IMG/VR virus record: IMGVR_UViG_3300024520_000058 | Length of the DNA stretch: 20,000 nucleotides | Direction: 5' to 3' (one strand) | Source: an uncultured virus (IMG/VR IMGVR_UViG_3300024520_000058) | Taxonomy: Duplodnaviria > Heunggongvirae > Uroviricota > Caudoviricetes | Shown here: in pieces, positions 15,183-20,000 of the stretch | Layout of the letters: each line of letters starts with the position of its first letter | How positions within the stretch are numbered: the first letter of the stretch is position 1 | The notes under the pieces: generated by a model | The model's input: only the letters and a program-made list of their open reading frames with translations | Told to the model about the DNA's origin: nothing | The model's database searches: none | Position numbers and translations under genes: made by a program

Positions 15183-15608
15183 TTATCCCAACATGAAGAG
15201 CTCAGGTGTCTTACCTGGCCCTCCACCATCCACGTGGACCCAACCTGCAACGTGAGGCTGGTCTCGATAAACCTTAATCCGGTTTAGCCCAGCGTAGAAC
15301 AACCCATCAAGAATCTTGTATAGATTGCGCCAATCAGCCCACGTGATGTCCACGGCATTGGGCCATCCACGGCTAAGCTCCTGGTCTGGAATCCATAAAT
15401 GACGGCTGTCAGACGCCCCTCCTTCATGCAGGTTCCACTCCCAACAGCGACACCCACTGCTCAGATTATAAGGCACTCCTGAGCGCGTCCTGGCAGTCTG
15501 AATGTTATACATGAAGTCAGGCTGCATCACTGCGTATCCACAAACACCACAATTACACCGGATCTCATCTTCCGTGAAATTCGGTAACCTGTCCCAATCT
15601 ATATCCAT
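15183..15608 (-). CDS. Peptidase M15A family cell-wall metallopeptidase (endolysin-like)
   Basis: NFTEDEIRCNCG, SSGCRC-x2-WN-x3-GG-x3-SRH, AVDI and WVHVD (Zn ligands H, D, H); start ATG 15608 with SD AGGAG. Confidence 0.88.
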   Translation of the reverse strand: MDIDWDRLPNFTEDEIRCNCGVCGYAVMQPDFMYNIQTARTRSGVPYNLSSGCRCWEWNLHEGGASDSRHLWIPDQELSRGWPNAVDITWADWRNLYKILDGLFYAGLNRIKVYRDQPHVAGWVHVDGGGPGKTPELFMLG

Positions 15609-15609
15609 A

Positions 15610-15945
15610 CTATACTCCTGTCTCATAGCTAAAGGCAGTCATCGTCTCTCTAGGAGTCCACTGCCACTTCGATTCGCTGCCATCTATCAGCTCCCATTCA
15701 GCGAATATCGCCGGAGCCACATACTCCGAAGGATCCATAGGCTCCATGTCCTTCCTACGAGTCTGGTGATACGCAAAGAAAAGACGCTCACCATCGTAGG
15801 AAGCCTTAAACGTCTCACAGAAACCAAAGTTCCGCCGGCCGAACACGACCTCCCCATGAGGTGGACGACTATTCAGTAACTCCACCAGCCCACGACGAGC
15901 ATTACGGTCAAGCTTTACTTGTCTGCCATCCGGAAGCTCTATCAT
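15610..15945 (-). CDS. Hypothetical protein (111 aa)
   Basis: Start reassigned to ATG 15945 (SD AGGGAG). Confidence 0.6.
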   Translation of the reverse strand: MIELPDGRQVKLDRNARRGLVELLNSRPPHGEVVFGRRNFGFCETFKASYDGERLFFAYHQTRRKDMEPMDPSEYVAPAIFAEWELIDGSESKWQWTPRETMTAFSYETGV

Positions 15946-16034
15946 TTGCTTACTCCCTTCCTTCGTGTTATCCGCAACGGAAGATAATGTCCGCAGTGAG
16001 TAACGCTCAGGCCCGACTCTGTCCATGCCTTAAA

Positions 16035-16427
16035 CTACGATAACCCCTCGTGATGGGCCATCAGCCCTGACAAATGCCATGCCAGACGCCGAGCTTCAAT
16101 GTCCATCACATCCTTGCGCTTCTCAACCTCCGGCAAATCGTCAAAAGGTACCAGATCAGGATGCGTCCTCAAAAGCTTGTCCTTCACTTTACCATAGACC
16201 CAGCCCTGAGAAGACCTGTATGCCATCCAGTTCTTATGATTGTCTGCAGGAGTCATCCATGGATCCTTTAGGAAGGCCTCTACCGCATCCGAATGTGATG
16301 CCAGATCCTCTTTGTTCGGCTGCAAGTTATAATCCTGACCACAACCCATCTGGTAAAAACACCACGCCTTGTGGCAAATCATCGGTGCTATCTGATTGAA
16401 AATCTCTCTCCGTCTCTTCTCATCCAT
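16035..16427 (-). CDS. Stand-alone RyR (ryanodine receptor repeat) domain protein (130 aa)
   Basis: HKNWMAYRSSQGWVYGKVKD-x4-THPDLVPFDDLPEVEKRKD is the RyR domain signature; start ATG 16427 with SD AAGGGG. Confidence 0.88.
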   Translation of the reverse strand: MDEKRRREIFNQIAPMICHKAWCFYQMGCGQDYNLQPNKEDLASHSDAVEAFLKDPWMTPADNHKNWMAYRSSQGWVYGKVKDKLLRTHPDLVPFDDLPEVEKRKDVMDIEARRLAWHLSGLMAHHEGLS

Positions 16428-16441
16428 CTTATTTCCCCTTT

Positions 16442-16534
16442 CTAGCCGAACCGACCAAGCATCCTTACTTCTGATAATCCTTGAAGCTTTAACTCTATCC
16501 ACTCCCTAGTAGCGCGGTGCAACTGCATCTTGCC
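16442..16534 (-). pseudogene. C-terminal remnant of the DUF5662-like gene
   Basis: Frame not in the track reads GKMQLHRATREWIELKLQGLSEVRMLGRFG*, which resembles the recalled KMQLHxxTRxWIE terminus of this family; the stop abuts the SD of the RyR gene. Confidence 0.55.
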
Positions 16535-16764
16535 AATTCCGTTGTGAACCGCTTGATGATATTCTGCTCTGTAGCTTTCAGAAAGGCGTCGTTGCCACAA
16601 GATAGCATGTCATTCACTATCTGGTCAGCTATGGTCTCAACGCATGTGCAGTGGTCGAATTCAGCATAGGCGTTGAAGTATTCCCAGCCTAGCTCCTCCA
16701 GTAGTTCGATGGCTGGTTGCTCCACCAGTTCATTCTCCGAATAGCCGCTCGTTGGGGTGGTCAT
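16495..16764 (-). pseudogene. hsdR: Truncated type I restriction subunit (first ~38 codons) fused to unrelated sequence
   Basis: MTTPTSGYSENELVEQPAIELLEELGWEYFNAYAEFDH is a typical HsdR N-terminus, coupled to hsdS by ATGA; similarity ends at ~16651 and the ORF stops at 89 aa (HsdR is about 1000 aa). Confidence 0.85.
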
Positions 16765-18026
16765 ATAGTCTCCTCGGGGATGGTGATGTCAAGTTCTGAT
16801 ACGTCCAACTCACCAGATATGAGTCTGGGTAGGAGTAGATCGCGGGTAAGGCGAAGGCTGACGTTGCTATCCCTTAAAGATTCTCCCAGTTCATGTGTAT
16901 CGTTCGCTATTTGCTCGAATAGCCTTATTAGTTGTCTCGTAGGCAACGCGAATGTGAAGTTGAGCGCATCATCTGCTCGAAAACCAAGTACTGTAGTTCC
17001 GCTGGCACAGCCCTTCGCATATTCATGAAATCCACCTGACTGAAGAAGATGGAACAGGAATATCTGATTCATGGGACTATGCTCTTCCAACCTCACTATG
17101 CAGATGTGATGAGATGCAATACCTCCTCCATCGAATCCACTTCGTGGTACAAGCCCTGGGCTGCCGATTATATTTCCAGCCTGAGTAAGATCCGTATTAG
17201 CAAAGACAAGATCTCCTGACTGTACCCGGTGCCTTGATTTGTAGTCACCTGAATATGGCTTAGTTCCATCTCGTTTGAATCCTCCACCGGGAGGTATACA
17301 TTTCAGATTCACCATCGGGAGCCCATCATCTGTTAGATATTTACCTTTATAAGAGATCCCCTTGTCTATTGTGATGAGTTCGCGAAGTTTCTTCACTTCC
17401 CACTCCTCCGGAATCCCATCAACGAAGCGGGCATCCGCGTTGCCAGGGAAGCGGAACTTGACGAACCACTCCCTGTAGAGGTTCTCCGCCATCTCCTCCA
17501 GTATCCTGATCCGCCGCAGGTTGTTCTCGATCAGGTCGTCGTAGGCGGAGAGGATCGAGGCGATCTTGTGCTGTGTGGGGAGTGGAGGGAATCTCCACTC
17601 CGAATCACAGAGCACTTTCCAGCTTGCGCGGGGCATTCTGGTACCACTCGATATGTTGGTCGCGTGATCAATGAATTCTTGACTTGCGATCAGGTAGTAG
17701 AGAAACACTTGGTGCGTATTAGCTTTAGCACGAATGACGGTGATATCTGTCGAACACACCCCCCCAAATCTTGGCCTTGCTACTTTGCGGAAGTATGGCC
17801 GCAGGCTGCCGAAGAGGATTTCTCCTGCACAGAATGCTTTCTTTGTGCTTATGGTGGCTGTGGAGCTACCTATCCCGTTTAATCTTAGCGACTGCTGAGC
17901 TATGTGCTCTAACCCAATATATGGATATTCCTCTCCACTTGCAGGTTCGTATAAGTTACGGATCTCTTCGGCCCTATCTCCTAATTTGCAGATAACCCAC
18001 TGATCCTCGGCAGTTGTGTTCACCAT
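16761..18026 (-). CDS. hsdS: Type I R-M specificity subunit
   Basis: Two TRDs separated by conserved PPLPTQHKIASILSAYDDLIENN...LYREWFVKFRFPG and closed by RDLLLPRLISGELDV; TAATG-coupled to hsdM. Confidence 0.96.
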   Translation of the reverse strand: MVNTTAEDQWVICKLGDRAEEIRNLYEPASGEEYPYIGLEHIAQQSLRLNGIGSSTATISTKKAFCAGEILFGSLRPYFRKVARPRFGGVCSTDITVIRAKANTHQVFLYYLIASQEFIDHATNISSGTRMPRASWKVLCDSEWRFPPLPTQHKIASILSAYDDLIENNLRRIRILEEMAENLYREWFVKFRFPGNADARFVDGIPEEWEVKKLRELITIDKGISYKGKYLTDDGLPMVNLKCIPPGGGFKRDGTKPYSGDYKSRHRVQSGDLVFANTDLTQAGNIIGSPGLVPRSGFDGGGIASHHICIVRLEEHSPMNQIFLFHLLQSGGFHEYAKGCASGTTVLGFRADDALNFTFALPTRQLIRLFEQIANDTHELGESLRDSNVSLRLTRDLLLPRLISGELDVSELDITIPEETI

Positions 18027-19591
18027 TACTTCTCCTCCAACAGCCTCACTACATTCTTAGCGATCCGCTCCTCCAACTCCCGCGCTTCGCTGTTGAGTAC
18101 TTCCAGTTCCTCGTTCAACTCTTCCAGCCTCTCGAAGAAGTCGAAGTCATCCTCCTCACGCGCAGCTACTCCTACATAGCGCCCAGGATTGAGACTATAG
18201 CCCTGAGCCTCTATCTCCTCCACTGTGGCCACCTTACATAGCCCAGGCACGTCAGCGTACTCACCATTAGGGAAGCTCCCTGCCATGAGTTCAGCACTAC
18301 CGTGTAGATCCTCAGCTTCCTCACCACGATAGAGTCGGGCTATATTAGCCAGGAACTCCACCTGCTCCGGCGTCCAGTCGCGATGGGCACGGTCGATCTG
18401 ATTGTAAATATGGCGGGCGTCGATGAAGAGCACCTGGTCGGCGCGATCGGTTTCCCTCTTGCCCTTATCCAGGAACCAGAGGGTGCAAGGCAGCGTCACC
18501 GTGTAGAAGAAATTGGAGCCTACAGCTACCATCACATCCACGGCACGTTCCTCGATAAGCTTCTGGCGGATCTCCATCTCTGAAGATCTGGCGTCGGATG
18601 CGGAGTTTGCCATGACAAAGCCAGCCCGACCTCTGTCATTCAGCGCGCTGTAGAAGATCTGGATCCAGAGATAGTTGGCGTTGTCCGGCCGGGGTAATCC
18701 CAGCGGGAAGCGCGGGTCGTCCTTCAGGCGGTCCTTATCCACCCGGTCTACGTTGAATGGCGGATTAGCCATCACGAAGTCAAACTTGCCGCCGCCCGCG
18801 GTGCTGGTGTGCAAATCCTCATAGTATGTATTGCCCTGCCGTATATCTCCGTCCAGTCCGTGAACGGCCAGGTTCATCCTGGCCAGCCGCACAGTTTCGG
18901 ACACTCGCTCCTGACCGTGGATGCTCAGGTCGCCGCCGGACATGGCCCTATGCTCAGCCACAAAACGGGCGCTCTGGACGAACATACCGCCTGAGCCGCA
19001 GGCCGGATCGAATATGCGCCCCTGGAAAGGCTCCATGATGGAAACTATGAGCTTGACGATGGCGGTGGGCGTGAAGAACTCGCCGCCCTTCTGACCCTCA
19101 CTCATGGCGAAGTGGCCCAGGAAGTACTCGTAGATCCTACCGAAGGCGTCACCCTCTATGTCCATAGGGATGGAACTCATTATTCTGAGTAACTCAGCTA
19201 GAGTAGTGCTCTCGAAGCGGTTGTAGGTCTTAGGGAGTACGTCCTTGAGGTCGGGATTGCCACCCTCTACTGCCCGCATGGCGTCATTGATAGCCTGACC
19301 GATGTTGGTGCCCTCTGGAAGCTTAGTCAGTGATGAGAAGCGCGCCTCCTGTGGAAGGTAGAGCACACCTCGTGCCTGGTAGTCGGCTGGGCCAATAGTA
19401 CGTCTCCCTGTGGCGCTCCCCTTCAGTTCCTCCGCAGCAACCTGGAACCTATGGTCTGCATAGCGCAGGAAGATCAATCCCAGGACAGGGATGGAGTATT
19501 CAGATGCCTTGAGCTTGGAGTTAGCCCTCAGTTCATCGGCGGCATCCCATAGCCTATTCTCTAGCTTAGTGTCTAGTCCATTGTCGTTCAT
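18026..19591 (-). CDS. hsdM: Type I R-M N6-adenine DNA methyltransferase subunit
   Basis: [17 protein letters not shown], motif [11 protein letters not shown], motif [23 protein letters not shown]. Confidence 0.97.
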   Translation of the reverse strand: MNDNGLDTKLENRLWDAADELRANSKLKASEYSIPVLGLIFLRYADHRFQVAAEELKGSATGRRTIGPADYQARGVLYLPQEARFSSLTKLPEGTNIGQAINDAMRAVEGGNPDLKDVLPKTYNRFESTTLAELLRIMSSIPMDIEGDAFGRIYEYFLGHFAMSEGQKGGEFFTPTAIVKLIVSIMEPFQGRIFDPACGSGGMFVQSARFVAEHRAMSGGDLSIHGQERVSETVRLARMNLAVHGLDGDIRQGNTYYEDLHTSTAGGGKFDFVMANPPFNVDRVDKDRLKDDPRFPLGLPRPDNANYLWIQIFYSALNDRGRAGFVMANSASDARSSEMEIRQKLIEERAVDVMVAVGSNFFYTVTLPCTLWFLDKGKRETDRADQVLFIDARHIYNQIDRAHRDWTPEQVEFLANIARLYRGEEAEDLHGSAELMAGSFPNGEYADVPGLCKVATVEEIEAQGYSLNPGRYVGVAAREEDDFDFFERLEELNEELEVLNSEARELEERIAKNVVRLLEEK

Positions 19592-19603
19592 ATGTTACTC
19601 CTG

Positions 19604-19732
19604 TTAGTGGCATCCATGATCATGTTGGGAAGTTATAACTATTGATTCCATTTCATATACAGGCAGCGGCAAATACTGCTCTTGGTTTTCTGCGTAAACC
19701 TTATTTTGCTCTTTGAATTCTATCGGATTCAT
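19604..19732 (-). pseudogene. Truncated small phage protein (42-aa ORF)
   Basis: SD GAGGGGG then MNPIEFKEQNKVYAENQEQYLPLPVYE, matching the recalled start of a common phage family (MKPIEFKEQNxVFAKDQPEYLPLPAH) whose continuation (SCWKL...) is absent. Confidence 0.6.
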
Positions 19733-19742
19733 TCTATCCCCC

Positions 19743-19877
19743 TCACATCATCATTTGTAGCTTCTCTCTAACACGCCGCATAATCGTCTTGTCTACGTCC
19801 TCTTCGCCTACCGCACTAATGGGCTGCACAGTTGTCGGCACGAGTAGCTCATCAGCGCCTACTGCGGGATAATCCCG
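19743..19877 (-). pseudogene. Fragment resembling the C-terminus of an HK97-type portal protein
   Basis: RDYPAVGADELLVPTTVQPIS resembles the xPVxGGDELLVPxNMxPL tail of HK97-family portals; no start of its own. Confidence 0.4.
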
Positions 19878-20000
19878 GGGGCTTATAATAGCCAGTCTCA
19901 TCACGACCAGCTGTGATGTCCTTCCCCTTCCCATAGAAATGGTCAGCGTAGGGAAAGAACTCTGACGGACGCAACTTCGACCAGTCATGGATAATGCCAC
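19852..20000 (-). pseudogene. DUF5662-like (HD-like) phage gene, N-terminal part, truncated
   Basis: Frame not in the track (from 19998) reads GIIHDWSKLRPSEFFPYADHFYGKGKDITAGRDETGYYKP then PGLSRSRR*. It has the HDxSK-x2-xE motif but lacks the expected H-x3-NxHH motif. Confidence 0.7.

Larger units (their letters stand above)
16535..19878 (-). mobile_element. Mosaic ~3.3-kb insertion (gene scraps + hsdM-hsdS-hsdR') inside a DUF5662-like gene
   Basis: Bounded by the apparent N- and C-terminal remnants of one gene; inferred junctions at ~19878, ~19655, ~16650 and ~16535; no transposase, integrase or terminal repeats seen. Confidence 0.55.
1..20000 (-). mobile_element. Tailed dsDNA phage or prophage segment (accessory, replication and packaging modules)
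   Basis: Portal, terminase, replication initiator with iterons, DnaB, Hjc-like nuclease, M15A peptidase and many small tightly packed co-oriented ORFs. No integrase or att site is in the window, so free phage versus prophage cannot be decided. Confidence 0.93.

Noticed and set aside
16015..16502. Two neighbouring ORFs both starting MDRV
   Set aside because: Both have better downstream starts with SD sequences (16427, 15945), and the shared DNA is only about 10 bp.
30..19038. All plus-strand ORFs in the track, and short nested minus-strand ORFs
   Set aside because: They are shadows of well-supported minus-strand genes and have no recognisable motifs.
19641..19877. Palindromes near insertion junctions (CGGGATAATCCCG at 19865-19877, AGTTATAACT at 19641-19650) as recombination sites
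   Set aside because: They are unrelated to each other and have no counterpart at the other two junctions.
19743..20000. 85-aa ORF in the track as a real gene
   Set aside because: Its start is just the window edge. The first half is an off-frame reading of the DUF5662-like gene, and only the part after ~19877 looks protein-like.
1..20000. tRNA or rRNA genes, integrase, transposase, alternative genetic code
   Set aside because: None was recognised by eye, and the long conserved genes translate intact in the standard code with TAA, TAG and TGA all used as stops.

Overview
The window is a segment of a tailed dsDNA phage or prophage, with every credible gene on the minus strand. In transcription order (right to left) it holds: (1) an accessory region in which a DUF5662-like gene appears split by a ~3.3-kb mosaic insertion carrying intact type I R-M hsdM and hsdS, only the first ~38 codons of hsdR, and scraps of other phage genes; (2) an RyR-domain protein, an M15A peptidase and hypothetical genes; (3) a promoter-led operon of about 15 genes, including a degenerate dual-specificity phosphatase, an RHH/Pro-Gln-rich protein, a DUF5131-like radical SAM protein and an Hjc-like nuclease, ending in a three-hairpin 3' element and terminator; (4) a lambda-O-like replication initiator with six internal 19-bp iterons, followed by DnaB; (5) the terminase large subunit and a P22-like portal protein that runs off the left edge and is missing from the ORF track. 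The most unusual signal is non-coding. Three long hairpins at the two operon boundaries flanking the replication module each display a loop complementary to the Shine-Dalgarno region of the first gene of an operon (phosphatase, rep, terL), which suggests an RNA-based translational control circuit. Family assignments come from motif recognition and recall only; no searches or folding programs were run.
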